Part shown: piece by piece, positions 17,488-26,439 of the stretch
Numbering within the stretch: the stretch's first letter is position 1
Layout: every line of letters begins with the position of its first letter
Assembly (NCBI GenBank): GCA_021413445.1
Contig: JAIOQI010000043.1
Span: 10,594-74,593 of the forward strand
Origin: Alphaproteobacteria bacterium
GTDB lineage: Bacteria; Pseudomonadota; Alphaproteobacteria; Micavibrionales; UBA2020
Direction of reading: 5' to 3'
Length of the DNA: 64,000 bases
Made by a program: the position numbers and the translations under genes
The notes under the pieces: model-generated
Seen by the model: the letters and a program-made list of their open reading frames with translations, nothing else
Told to the model about the DNA's origin: nothing
Database searches by the model: none

Positions 17488-19143
17488 TTATTTCCTCTCG
17501 CGAATGTCGATGATTTTGGCGCCGGGAAAAGATTTCAGCGCCTCGGCCACCACGGGATGCGCCTTGATGTCGTTCATCACTGTCTGCTGCTGTCCCTGCT
17601 TCACCTCGGCCAAGGTCGGCTCGCCGGCTTCGCGCGACAGGCTGACCACCCAGCGCTGACCCGTCCATTCGCCAAGCTTGTTGGAGATTTGCCCGGCGAG
17701 GTTGTGCGGCGCGCCCTCTTTGAGGCGGAGGGACAGATGCCCCTGCTCGAACTTCACCAGATGGACGAAATTCATCAGCTGCGATTGCAGGATCGCTTCG
17801 CGGCGCTGGCCGAACAGGGCCACCACATCGTTAAAACCGTTCACACAGGCCTGGACGCCGGCATCGAGATCGCCCAGCGCGGCAGGCGCCGCCGCCGTGC
17901 GCGACATGATCGTCGGCCGGGAAGACCCGCCCCCGGGCGACCCCAGCGGCCCCCCGCCCATGCTCACCGTGCCGCCGTCTTTCAATTGTTTCAGGACATC
18001 CCCCGGCGTCGGCTGGTCCGACACATACATCAGGCGGATCATCAGCATTTCCAGCGCCAACTGCGGGTGCGGCGCCTGCTGGACTTCCTGCGCGCCCTTG
18101 AGCAGCATCTGCCAGGCGCGGGTCAGCACCGGAATCGGCAAGCCCTGCGCCAGCTCCAGGCCGCGCACGCGCTCGGCCTCCGGCAGGGCCATATCCTTCG
18201 CCAGTTCCGGCGCCACCTTGACCTTGGTCAGGTAATGGGTGAGATCGAGCAGGTCCTGCAGCACCATCGCGGCATCGGCGCCGCCTTTATAAAGGCTGTC
18301 GAGCAACGCCAGCGCGGGCTGGCTGCTCCCCTTCATCACCGCCTCGAACAAATCGAGCGTGACGGAGCGGTCCACCAGCCCCAGCATGTCGCTGACCTGC
18401 TGCGCAGTGATTTTTTTCGGCTCGCGGGAAATCGCCTGGTCGAGCAGGCTGAGGCCGTCCCGCGCCGAACCGTCGGCGGCGCGCGCGATCATGGCGACGG
18501 CGGAGGCATCCGCCGCCACTTTTTCCAGCGCCAGCAATTCGGTGAAATATTTCTCCAGCACACCGGAATCGATGCGGCGCAGGTCAAAGCGCTGGCAGCG
18601 CGAGAGGATGGTCACCGGCACCTTGCGGATCTCGGTGGTGGCGAAAACGAACTTCACATGCTCCGGCGGCTCTTCCAGCGTCTTGAGCAGCGCGGCGAAG
18701 GCCGACTTGGACAGCATGTGCACTTCGTCAAGGACGAAGATCTTGTAGCGGCCGGCCACCGGCGCATATTGCACGGAATCGATCAGGGTGCTGATTCCCT
18801 CGACGCTGGTGTTCGAGGCGGCATCCATCTCCAGCACGTCGATGTTGCGGTCCTCGGCGATGGCGCGGCATTGTTCGCATTGGCCGCAAGGCGTGATGGT
18901 CGGGCCTTTTTCGCAATTGAGCGCCCGGGCGATGATCCGCGCCGTGGTGGTCTTGCCCACCCCGCGCACGCCGGTCAGCATGAAGGCATGGGCGATGCGC
19001 CCGGACTGGATGGCATTGGTCAGGGTGCGCACCAGCGCTTCCTGACCCTTGAGCTCGGAGAAATTCTGCGGACGGTACTTCCGCGCCAGAACGCGGTATT
19101 CGGCGGAAACGGCTTCAGGTGCGGATGACGCTTTTTTGGCCAC
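17488..19143 (-). CDS. dnaX: DNA polymerase III subunit gamma/tau
   Basis: YRVLARKYRPQ, GVRGVGKTT, CGQCEQC, DEVHMLS, SRCQRF; GTG start at 19143 chosen because the longer ORF runs through the SRP RNA. Confidence 0.96.
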   Translation of the reverse strand: MAKKASSAPEAVSAEYRVLARKYRPQNFSELKGQEALVRTLTNAIQSGRIAHAFMLTGVRGVGKTTTARIIARALNCEKGPTITPCGQCEQCRAIAEDRNIDVLEMDAASNTSVEGISTLIDSVQYAPVAGRYKIFVLDEVHMLSKSAFAALLKTLEEPPEHVKFVFATTEIRKVPVTILSRCQRFDLRRIDSGVLEKYFTELLALEKVAADASAVAMIARAADGSARDGLSLLDQAISREPKKITAQQVSDMLGLVDRSVTLDLFEAVMKGSSQPALALLDSLYKGGADAAMVLQDLLDLTHYLTKVKVAPELAKDMALPEAERVRGLELAQGLPIPVLTRAWQMLLKGAQEVQQAPHPQLALEMLMIRLMYVSDQPTPGDVLKQLKDGGTVSMGGGPLGSPGGGSSRPTIMSRTAAAPAALGDLDAGVQACVNGFNDVVALFGQRREAILQSQLMNFVHLVKFEQGHLSLRLKEGAPHNLAGQISNKLGEWTGQRWVVSLSREAGEPTLAEVKQGQQQTVMNDIKAHPVVAEALKSFPGAKIIDIRERK

Positions 19144-19168
19144 GAAATGATCCTGTCCCGGTGAAAAA

Positions 19169-19269
19169 GGTGGAAGGCTGGAAACGACCCGGATGTAAAA
19201 CTCGTTACGGTTGCTGCCTCTCGGCCCTGGCCGGATTGGCGAGACATTCGCCCGCCCCAGCCTTCCGCC
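19169..19269 (-). ncRNA. ffs: Small SRP RNA (4.5S)
   Basis: Terminal stem GGAAGGCTGG/CCAGCCTTCC; helix-8 CAGG-GCC-GAGA-GGC-AGCA; upstream of dnaX. Confidence 0.9.
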
Positions 19270-19408
19270 CAGGATATTGTCAGATTCGCACTCCGCTGTC
19301 CACTTCAGAGTTAACAGCATGAAATCATGGGCAATTATAAAGGGCTAACCTTCGAATCAAGACGCTTGAAAACCCGGACAATTTACCCTATTCTGCGCCC
19401 TAGCTTTT

Positions 19409-19484
19409 GCTGTTGTAGCTCAGTTGGTAGAGCACCGCATTCGTAATGCGGGGGTCGTAGGTTCGAATCCTATCAACAGCACCA
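19409..19484 (+). tRNA. tRNA-Thr(CGT)
   Basis: Cloverleaf, anticodon arm CCGCA-TTCGTAA-TGCGG, GTTCGAATC, CCA end. Confidence 0.96.
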
Positions 19485-19570
19485 TTTCCCTTAGTTTGTG
19501 AGTGTTTCCAGATGGATGGATGCGCTTCGCTAGCAAAGCTTTGTGTTTTGTTACAGCGTGGAGCACCTCT

Positions 19571-19603
19571 AAAAAAAAAGCACCCGGTTTTATCCGGGTG
19601 CTT
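19571..19603 (-). terminator. Intrinsic terminator
   Basis: AAGCACCCGG/CCGGGTGCTT hairpin with poly-U on the minus strand, after the OM barrel gene. Confidence 0.8.
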
Positions 19604-19625
19604 CAAGAGATTTTCCGCGATATTT

Positions 19626-20447
19626 TTAATCGCCAGAGTCAGTAGAGCCGAACTTATAGCTCAACTGAATGCCATAGGCGCTGTTCGGCGCTGCATCCGT
19701 AAAGCCCGTCGCGCCGTAAACCTGCGTAGCCCAGCTGTCTGACAGATCATAAGTGATGAAAGCCGTCGCCTGGCTGAAGTTTTTGCTGGTTGCCGTGGCG
19801 CCCTGACGGAAGTCATACATCGCGCCCGCCGTCAAATCCGGCGTAAACTTGTAGCCGCCGCCGGCGGAATATTTCCACACGTCGTCAAGCCGGAAGCGCG
19901 CTGAAGACCCGTTGAATTTACGCCCGACGTTAGCGGTGACAAAGGCGTCGCCGATCGGATGCGTCAAACCGAACTGCAGGGTGTAATCGGTATTCCCGGT
20001 GCCGAGGTTTTTGTCTTCATCCGCCGTCGGAAGCTTTACCTTCCCGGTCAGATCGGCGGCGGTGCCTTGTGTGTTCAGTTTGTACTTATAAGCCAGGCTG
20101 GCAATGATATCGCCGAGACCGCTCTCCGTGCCGACAGCGCCGGCCGCGCCCAAGGGGTCTCCGCCGTCACCACCGACAACGACGCCGGGGCCGGTGATTT
20201 TCAGGTAAGGGATGGTCAGCTTTGCCGTCCAGTCGTCGTATTTGGCCTTTGCCGTCACCGGAACATAGGTGATCTTCGTATCATTAACCTGGCCGTAATC
20301 GCCTATACTGTAGTTATAGCTGGTCGAAAGGGTCACTTTCATCTTGTCCTGGCTATCGGGTGTCTCAGCCTGCGCAGCCGGCGCGGCCAAGAGAGAAAAA
20401 CCGCAAACAGTCGCCAGCAATGTGAGAGTTAGTTTTGTGTTATTCAT
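19626..20447 (-). CDS. Outer-membrane beta-barrel protein
   Basis: Signal peptide (AQA-E), YNYSIGDYG, GLGDI, KLPTAD...LGTG.TDY, alternating beta strands, near-terminal YKF. Confidence 0.8.
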   Translation of the reverse strand: MNNTKLTLTLLATVCGFSLLAAPAAQAETPDSQDKMKVTLSTSYNYSIGDYGQVNDTKITYVPVTAKAKYDDWTAKLTIPYLKITGPGVVVGGDGGDPLGAAGAVGTESGLGDIIASLAYKYKLNTQGTAADLTGKVKLPTADEDKNLGTGNTDYTLQFGLTHPIGDAFVTANVGRKFNGSSARFRLDDVWKYSAGGGYKFTPDLTAGAMYDFRQGATATSKNFSQATAFITYDLSDSWATQVYGATGFTDAAPNSAYGIQLSYKFGSTDSGD

Positions 20448-20509
20448 TATTCTGTGTCTCCTGTTGTTTTTTTTATTGCACATGTTTTATCACTACCATA
20501 TTCAAGAAA

Positions 20510-20540
20510 GAGAGGGTAGGAGAAAAATCCCTACCCTCTC
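20510..20540 (-). terminator. Intrinsic terminator/hairpin between secreted repeat gene and barrel gene
   Basis: GAGAGGGTAGG/CCTACCCTCTC 11-bp stem followed by TTTCTT on the minus strand. Confidence 0.65.
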
Positions 20541-20569
20541 AGAGGTTATTAGTCCTGTTTTTATTTTTT

Positions 20570-21112
20570 TTAGTCATCGATCTCCGGCAACTCGACCTCA
20601 GGAGTTTCCACTTCCGGCGTCTCTATTTCCGGAGTTTCGATCTCTGGCGTCTCAATCTCAGGAGTTTCTATTTCCGGAGTTTCAACCTCTGGCGTCTCGA
20701 TCTCGGGGGTCTCTACTTCTGGAAGTTCATTCTCAATTTCCGGAGTCTCTATTTCCGGCGCTTCATTTTCAATTTCCAGAGCCTCTATTTCCGGCGCCTC
20801 GTTCTCGACCTCGAGGGCTTCTACTTCCGGCGATTCATTTTCTGTTTCGATTGCTTCCGTTTCGGGCGCCTCATTCTCAACCTCCGTAGCATCCTGCCCG
20901 CTATCGCCTAAATCAGCGGCATCCTTCGCGCTATCCTGTATTTCTACTGTGCTCCCATCTTTAGTGGTTGTACCGCCGGAAGACAGAACAGCTCCCGATT
21001 CAGCTACCGTCCCTCCCTGGAATAAATCCAGTATCCCCGCTTTGGCGGGTGGGATCCCTATCATCAAGGCAACGGCGCTGACTGCCGCCAATAATATGAT
21101 TTTATTTTTCAT
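20570..21112 (-). CDS. Secreted acidic protein with pentapeptide repeat tail
   Basis: AAGGAG RBS, signal peptide (AKA-G), C-terminal (PE[IV]ET)n and E[VI]ENEAPE repeats. Confidence 0.85.
   Translation of the reverse strand: MKNKIILLAAVSAVALMIGIPPAKAGILDLFQGGTVAESGAVLSSGGTTTKDGSTVEIQDSAKDAADLGDSGQDATEVENEAPETEAIETENESPEVEALEVENEAPEIEALEIENEAPEIETPEIENELPEVETPEIETPEVETPEIETPEIETPEIETPEIETPEVETPEVELPEIDD
20576..20885 (-). repeat. Degenerate 15-bp coding tandem repeat (PE[IV]ET)
   Basis: Roughly 20 pentapeptide units with synonymous variation. Confidence 0.85.
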
Positions 21113-21196
21113 GACGTTTCTCCTTTGGTTGTTTTACCCTGCCGCCGCTGCGTAATAACCCGAATCGCGAGATATTACACCCTATACCTCCATAGT

Positions 21197-21217
21197 ACGT
21201 GGGAAATTTTACCACGT
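21197..21217. promoter_or_regulatory. Palindromic putative operator 1
   Basis: ACGTGGGAAATTTTACCACGT near-perfect inverted repeat in the divergent intergenic region. Confidence 0.6.
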
Positions 21218-21311
21218 CAATAACTATTTTTTCTGCTAGTAAAATTGCTAACATATTGTTTTAATTGTATAGTTAAAATTAAACTCACATTTATTAACGA
21301 TAAATAACAGT

Positions 21312-21338
21312 AATAAATGTGATATTTTCACATTTATT
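21312..21338. promoter_or_regulatory. Palindromic putative operator 2
   Basis: AATAAATGTGA-TATTT-TCACATTTATT with perfect 11-bp arms. Confidence 0.65.
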
Positions 21339-21404
21339 GTGATAGAATGAAAGTATATGGCCTGAAGAAATTTCGCCATAAAGAATTTAAAGAGCTGGAA
21401 ACAA

Positions 21405-22232
21405 ATGACGACACCGAACAAAACCCTGCTTCAGTCCCTCAGGCGCATCCTGCGGCCTTTGGTGCGGCTGTTTATCAGGAATGGCGTCACCCTTCAAATG
21501 ACGTCCGACCTGTTCAAGGAATTGTACGTCAACGCAGCCGAAGAAAGCCTGCAAAAAGAAACGGGCAAAGCGACGGACAGCCACATCAGCCTGATGACCG
21601 GCGTGCACAGAAAAGACGTCAAGAAATACCGCAACCTCCGCCTTGATATGGGCGAAGCCCCTCCCCACGTCTCCGTCGGGGCGGAATTGCTGGGCAAATG
21701 GCTGGGCCTTCCGGAATTCCTCGACCCGCAGGGAAACCCCGTCCCCCTTCCCTATCAGAACAAGGAAGATCCCGAACGGAGTTTCTGCGCGCTGGCGGAA
21801 AGCGTTTCGAAGGATATCCGCCCGCGCGCCATGCTGGATGAATTCATCCGCCAGGGCATCGCCGTTCACGATCCCCTCAACAACACGGTCGCCCTGCAAC
21901 AGGACGCCTTTGTGCCCAGGGACGGAATCGAGGAGAAGCTGTATTACTTCGGCCGCAACAGCGGCGACCATATGGAAGCCTCCGTGCATAACCTCTTGGG
22001 ACAGCAACATCCCTTCTTTGACCGCTCCGTTTATTATGATGAGCTCACTGAGGAATCCGCGCAGGAATTGCAAAAACTGGCGAATGACAGCGGCATGAAG
22101 ACGCTACGTACCATCAATCGCAAGGCGCTCGAGCTGTCGGAACGGGATAAAAACAAACCGGGCGCGCTGTGGCGGATCAATTTCGGCGCCTTTTTCTTTT
22201 CTTCAGGGGAAAATGACAAAAATGAAAAATAG
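21405..22232 (+). CDS. DUF6502-like protein (possible HTH regulator)
   Basis: LRPLVRLFIRNGV, TDSHISLMTGVHRKDV, SKDIRPRAMLDE, DHMEASVHNL, FFDRSVYYDELT. Confidence 0.8.
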   Translation: MTTPNKTLLQSLRRILRPLVRLFIRNGVTLQMTSDLFKELYVNAAEESLQKETGKATDSHISLMTGVHRKDVKKYRNLRLDMGEAPPHVSVGAELLGKWLGLPEFLDPQGNPVPLPYQNKEDPERSFCALAESVSKDIRPRAMLDEFIRQGIAVHDPLNNTVALQQDAFVPRDGIEEKLYYFGRNSGDHMEASVHNLLGQQHPFFDRSVYYDELTEESAQELQKLANDSGMKTLRTINRKALELSERDKNKPGALWRINFGAFFFSSGENDKNEK

Positions 22233-23535
22233 GCGGGAACAGGATATTCCGGGCATTTTTACAACACCTGCGGCAGCAATGCTGTTTGCCCTGCTTCTTG
22301 CCTGCACCCTGATTCCATCACCGGCAGTAGCGGCAAGAATGTGCCAAACCCCGGACGGTTATGTTTTTCAAAATAAAAAAGACCCCTCGCCGTCAAATGA
22401 AAAGACAAAAGGCGGCAAGGGAATGGGGGGCACCGGCATCCAAAGCGCCGACAAAGGCATCGGCGGCACCGGCATCAAGTTCGCTGACAGGGGTATCGGC
22501 GGCACCGGCATTTCCGCGCACGGCAGCATCGGCGTTTACGGCCGCATCACCGGCTTCGGCAGCGTCTGCGTGAACGGCATGGAGATATTCTACGGCAAGA
22601 ACACCCACGTCCTGGATAACAGCAAGCAGACCTCCTCCAGCGAACTGAAGATCGGCCAGATGGTCTCCGTCATCGCGGACAGCGTCAACAACCGGTCCGT
22701 CGCGCGGCAAATCGAGGTGCAGAGCATCCTGAAGGGCCCAGTTGACAGCGTCGATGCGCAAAAGGGCGCCCTGCATGTCATGGGCCAGCTCGTCCAGATG
22801 AATAATCCGGAGGGCGTCAAGTCCATTCACGCCGGCGACTTTGTCGCGGTGGGTGGCTTCAGGGACGCTGCCGGCCACGTCATTGCAAGCTCGGTTGAAA
22901 AAATCCCGCCGCAGGAAGAACAGAGGCATTCCTCCCCTGACGTCCGCTTCTCCAGCGACGTCAGGCACATCTCCATCCAGGGGTATGCGGAAATGACCGG
23001 CGATAAAGGAGAACTGCGGCTGAACGATCGCACGACCGTCGAAATTTCGGATAATGCCGAAATCAAGGGCGGAAAACTGGAAGATATTTCCAACGGCGAC
23101 AGAGTGATCGTTTTTGGCGATGTCGGAGAGAACGGCAAGCTCAGCGCCGACACGATCTTCATCGAAAAGTCGGACATTCCCACGCAGGTTATCGAAGGCG
23201 ACCTTGAGTCAAGAGGCCACCCTGGCGGCAGCCTTGAGCAGGAAAAAGGGCATCATGCAAATGAAGATCTCAAAGAAAATGAAAAAGATGGCGGCCATGA
23301 ACATTCGGGCTCTGGAGAAGGCCACGACAGGCCCGAGACGGAATCTCCTGGGATAGACTCCCCTGAAACGGAAAGCCCCGAAGTCGAATCTCCTGAGGTA
23401 GAAACTCCTGAAGTAGAAACTCCTGAAGTAGAAACCCCTGAAGTCGAAACTCCTGAGGTAGAAACTCCTGAGGTAGAAACTCCGGAAGTAGAAACTCCTG
23501 AAGTTGAGCCGCCTGAACTTCCGGAAGGCGGCTAG
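22213..23535 (+). CDS. DUF5666-like exported protein with GIGGTG repeats and PEVET tail
   Basis: Signal/TM segment, three G[IM]GGTGI motifs, GRITGFGSVCVNG, LKIGQMVSV, C-terminal (PEVET)n. Confidence 0.8.
   Translation: MTKMKNRREQDIPGIFTTPAAAMLFALLLACTLIPSPAVAARMCQTPDGYVFQNKKDPSPSNEKTKGGKGMGGTGIQSADKGIGGTGIKFADRGIGGTGISAHGSIGVYGRITGFGSVCVNGMEIFYGKNTHVLDNSKQTSSSELKIGQMVSVIADSVNNRSVARQIEVQSILKGPVDSVDAQKGALHVMGQLVQMNNPEGVKSIHAGDFVAVGGFRDAAGHVIASSVEKIPPQEEQRHSSPDVRFSSDVRHISIQGYAEMTGDKGELRLNDRTTVEISDNAEIKGGKLEDISNGDRVIVFGDVGENGKLSADTIFIEKSDIPTQVIEGDLESRGHPGGSLEQEKGHHANEDLKENEKDGGHEHSGSGEGHDRPETESPGIDSPETESPEVESPEVETPEVETPEVETPEVETPEVETPEVETPEVETPEVEPPELPEGG
23332..23526 (+). repeat. 15-bp coding tandem repeat (GAAACTCCTGAAGTA; PEVET)
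   Basis: About 12-13 pentapeptide units, several near-identical at DNA level. Confidence 0.85.
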
Positions 23536-23591
23536 AAAAAGCCTCTCATATTACGAACACCCAGACCACAAGCAAAAATTTATACGGCTAT

Positions 23592-24713
23592 CTAAATCCG
23601 CTGGCACCACGCCAATACCTCGGCTCTGTTTCCCCTGAAAACGATGCGGTTTTCGTTCAGGGATAAGTGGTAGTCGTACATGGGGTCGTAATAACGGGTC
23701 AGCAGGTCGCCAATCCACTGCCGGTGCAGGGATTCATCGGCGGTGGCCTGCTGAACGCCCAGCGCATTCTCCATCGCCGCCAAAATATCCTTATACCGCT
23801 CGGAGCCAAGCCGTTTGCGGATGCGGAACAGGCTGTCGCGCAGGAAATCCGAGAACCTGGCAAAGCCCTGGTCGCCATAGGCCGCCTGGTGCTCCGCGAG
23901 CATATCCGTCACATAATCTTTCAGCACGGCGGAGATCCGGTTTTCCAGGCTCTCTTCCAGCACGACGGTCGGCCACTCCTTCATTTTGGCGAGCAGGTTC
24001 AGCGGCAGGGCGCAACGGCCCACCACACGGCTTTCATCCTCGATGAACAGCGTTTTTTCAGTGCTATGGGCCAGCTTCAGCAGCCTGACCGCAAGGGCGT
24101 TCTCAAAGTCGATCTGGCTGGGCTGCGGAGTTATTCTCCTGCCGAAGCTCGAGCCGCGATGCCGGGCGATCCCTTCCAGATCGACCGCATGGGGCAGTTG
24201 ATGAATAAGGAGGGTTTTGCCGATGCCGGTGCGCCCGCTGATGATGACAAAATTCCGCCGCGAGACGATGTCGTCAAGCGCATCAATCAGGAAACGCCGC
24301 AGGGCCTTGTAGCCGCCTTTGACAAGCGGATAATGGATGTTTGCATCCCTGAGCCATTCCTGCACGATATGGGAGCGCATGCCGCCCCGGAAGCAAAAGA
24401 GATAGCCTGCGGGATTTTGCCGCGCAAAAGCCTGCCATTGCCGGAGGCGTTCGGCCTTGACCTCGCCGCTGACCAGTTGATGCCCGAGGCTGATCGCGGC
24501 CTCCGCTCCCTCTTTTTTATAAATTGTGCCAATGGCCTGACGTTCTTCATCATTCAGCAGGGGGAGATTGACGGCCGAGGGAAATGACCCCCGGCTGAAT
24601 TCCACCGGCGCCCGCACATCCAGCAGCGGCACATCATTCAGGAATAAACGGAGGAAATCATCCGCGTCATTTCCGGTTTTGCGCTCAGAGAGCATGATCC
24701 CACGACCTCCCAT
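23592..24713 (-). CDS. mnmH: tRNA 2-selenouridine synthase
   Basis: DVRAPVEF, CFRGGMRS rhodanese motif, GRTGIGKT, DLEGIARHRGSSFG, QPSQIDFEN, YYDPMY. Confidence 0.93.
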   Translation of the reverse strand: MGGRGIMLSERKTGNDADDFLRLFLNDVPLLDVRAPVEFSRGSFPSAVNLPLLNDEERQAIGTIYKKEGAEAAISLGHQLVSGEVKAERLRQWQAFARQNPAGYLFCFRGGMRSHIVQEWLRDANIHYPLVKGGYKALRRFLIDALDDIVSRRNFVIISGRTGIGKTLLIHQLPHAVDLEGIARHRGSSFGRRITPQPSQIDFENALAVRLLKLAHSTEKTLFIEDESRVVGRCALPLNLLAKMKEWPTVVLEESLENRISAVLKDYVTDMLAEHQAAYGDQGFARFSDFLRDSLFRIRKRLGSERYKDILAAMENALGVQQATADESLHRQWIGDLLTRYYDPMYDYHLSLNENRIVFRGNRAEVLAWCQRI

Positions 24714-24956
24714 GAAATACCCTACAGCACTGTCCTTCCCCGCAACAGCCTTAATTTTTCCTATCCAAAATCGGGCATTCCCGGCATCTGCATCATAAAA
24801 TAACGCACAAAATAACGTCTATTTCGTCCAGTCCAAGAGTTTTATTGACGGCCCTGGCGCCAGCGTCTATAAAACACGGCAAGACTCTGCTCCCGGCTAA
24901 AATTAAGTTGGGTCATAGAAGCGCCTTTAATATTTTCCACTATGGACATTATCACC

Positions 24957-25271
24957 ATGACCTGGATCCACTGCCCTTCACCGATCGTCGCCGATGTCAT
25001 CCGTTGGCATGAGCCGATATGGGCCGCGCCGACCAAGAAGCGCGGCAAGCCCGATCAGATCGGCGAACAGGTTGTTACAGCTGAAGTAAAGGCTCTTGGC
25101 GACTTTTTGCAGCTGCAGGTCCGGACGGTCGAGGTTCTCTCCCTTGATGACGGGGCAAAGCCCCCGCCCGGCGTAAAGGTTGGCGACAGTCTCCGCCGCA
25201 AGAAATCCACGATCGACCGCGGCGACTGCCATCGCCTGCTTTGGAGCGACGAGAGCGCCCGCGCGCCCTGA
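24957..25271 (+). CDS. Hypothetical protein
   Basis: ORF with coding-like composition (ADVIRWHEPIW...RLLWSDESAR); start uncertain (24942 or 24957). Confidence 0.6.
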   Translation: MTWIHCPSPIVADVIRWHEPIWAAPTKKRGKPDQIGEQVVTAEVKALGDFLQLQVRTVEVLSLDDGAKPPPGVKVGDSLRRKKSTIDRGDCHRLLWSDESARAP

Positions 25272-25308
25272 GCATCCGGAAGGCGGCTGGAAAAAGCCTC
25301 TCATATTT

Positions 25309-25794
25309 TTATGGGTGGATGGCCTTGTGGATAGTATCCAGGCACACCGGCTTCAGAATATATCCGCTGACCTGCAACTGACGGGCTTCCTCAACGCGTT
25401 TACTTGAGGTGTCGCCGGTAATCACGATCATCGGTATGTTTTGCGTCATGGGATGCGCTTTCAAATCCCGCAAAATTTCCAGGCCATCGACGCCCGGCAG
25501 ATGGATATCCATCAGGATCAACAGCCGCATCTTGCGCGCCGCGCCGCTGCTATAGTACCCTTCGTTGACAAAATACGTCACGAGGTCAGCGCCTTTTTCA
25601 AAGCAGTGCACGTTATAGACATAGGGGGACTTTTCGAGGGTATTCAGAATCTGTTCCCGGTCGTCAATATTATCTTCGATCAAAAAAACGGTATATTGGT
25701 CCCGCTTCCGTCTTTTCTTTTCCGACACCTGCCTGTGCAGATAAGCCTTCTGCTGCGCGCCCTGGCTCGTATTTTTTCGAGTAGTGGAAAACAT
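25309..25794 (-). CDS. Single-domain response regulator
   Basis: LIEDN, LMDIHLPGVDG, ITG, YILKP; GAGGAGG RBS. Confidence 0.88.
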   Translation of the reverse strand: MFSTTRKNTSQGAQQKAYLHRQVSEKKRRKRDQYTVFLIEDNIDDREQILNTLEKSPYVYNVHCFEKGADLVTYFVNEGYYSSGAARKMRLLILMDIHLPGVDGLEILRDLKAHPMTQNIPMIVITGDTSSKRVEEARQLQVSGYILKPVCLDTIHKAIHP

Positions 25795-25923
25795 CTTCCC
25801 CTCCTCTTTTTTAAAACAGTCCCGCCGGATCCAAAATATCCGGCAACAACTTTGCCTTGTTAAAAATATCCTAAAATTTTTGGTCCCATCTTCTATTATA
25901 CCCCGCAGCCTGTGAGTAAATGT

Positions 25924-25938
25924 TTAAAAATACATTAA
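25924..25938. promoter_or_regulatory. CtrA-type box
   Basis: TTAA-AAATACA-TTAA (TTAA-N7-TTAA); a near match also at 25860-25874. Confidence 0.45.
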
Positions 25939-25977
25939 ATTATCTGTAACCCCTTACAAAAACTGGCTAAAAATAAA

Positions 25978-26439
25978 TTATTCGGGGGTATAGCCGTTTT
26001 TAGGCAGCAGGGCCGTTTCAAACCAGTAATTCTTGATGCTTTCAGCGACGCGTATCATGTCCTGAAAACTGCTCGGTTTTTGTATGTAGGCATTGGCGCC
26101 CATCTGGTAACAGCCCTGGACATCCCGTTCATTGGATGAGGTCGTGAAGATGACGACGGGTATGCGCTTCAGCGTGGCGTCCTCCTTGATCGCCTGAAGG
26201 GTCTGGCGGCCGTCCAGCCCCGGCATATTGAGATCCAGCAAAATAAGCCCCAGCAACGGTTTTTTATTGTCGGAAGGTCCTGCGCGCCTGAGAAAATCCA
26301 GCACTTCCTGACCCGACTTGCACCAGAAGATCGGGTTGGGGAGATGGACCTTTTTAAAAGCGCGTGTTATCGCTTCATAATCTTCTTCGTTATCCTCCAC
26401 GATCAGGAGGATTTGCGATTCTGATGGACGATCACTCAT
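25978..26439 (-). CDS. Single-domain response regulator (Rcp1-like)
   Basis: VEDNEED, LLDLNMPGLDG, IPVVIFTTS, GANAYIQKP; start overlaps the kinase stop. Confidence 0.92.
   Translation of the reverse strand: MSDRPSESQILLIVEDNEEDYEAITRAFKKVHLPNPIFWCKSGQEVLDFLRRAGPSDNKKPLLGLILLDLNMPGLDGRQTLQAIKEDATLKRIPVVIFTTSSNERDVQGCYQMGANAYIQKPSSFQDMIRVAESIKNYWFETALLPKNGYTPE

Noticed and set aside
19144-19320. N-terminal extension of DnaX in the ORF track
   Set aside because: It runs through the SRP RNA; the GTG at 19143 gives a normal N-terminus.
21312-21338. Canonical CRP site
   Set aside because: The TGTGA/TCACA half-sites are separated by 5 bp rather than 6; kept instead as an operator of unknown regulator.
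23332-23526. Regular short repeats (also 20576-20885) as a possible CRISPR array
   Set aside because: They are 15-bp in-frame tandem units without unique spacers, and no cas genes are present.
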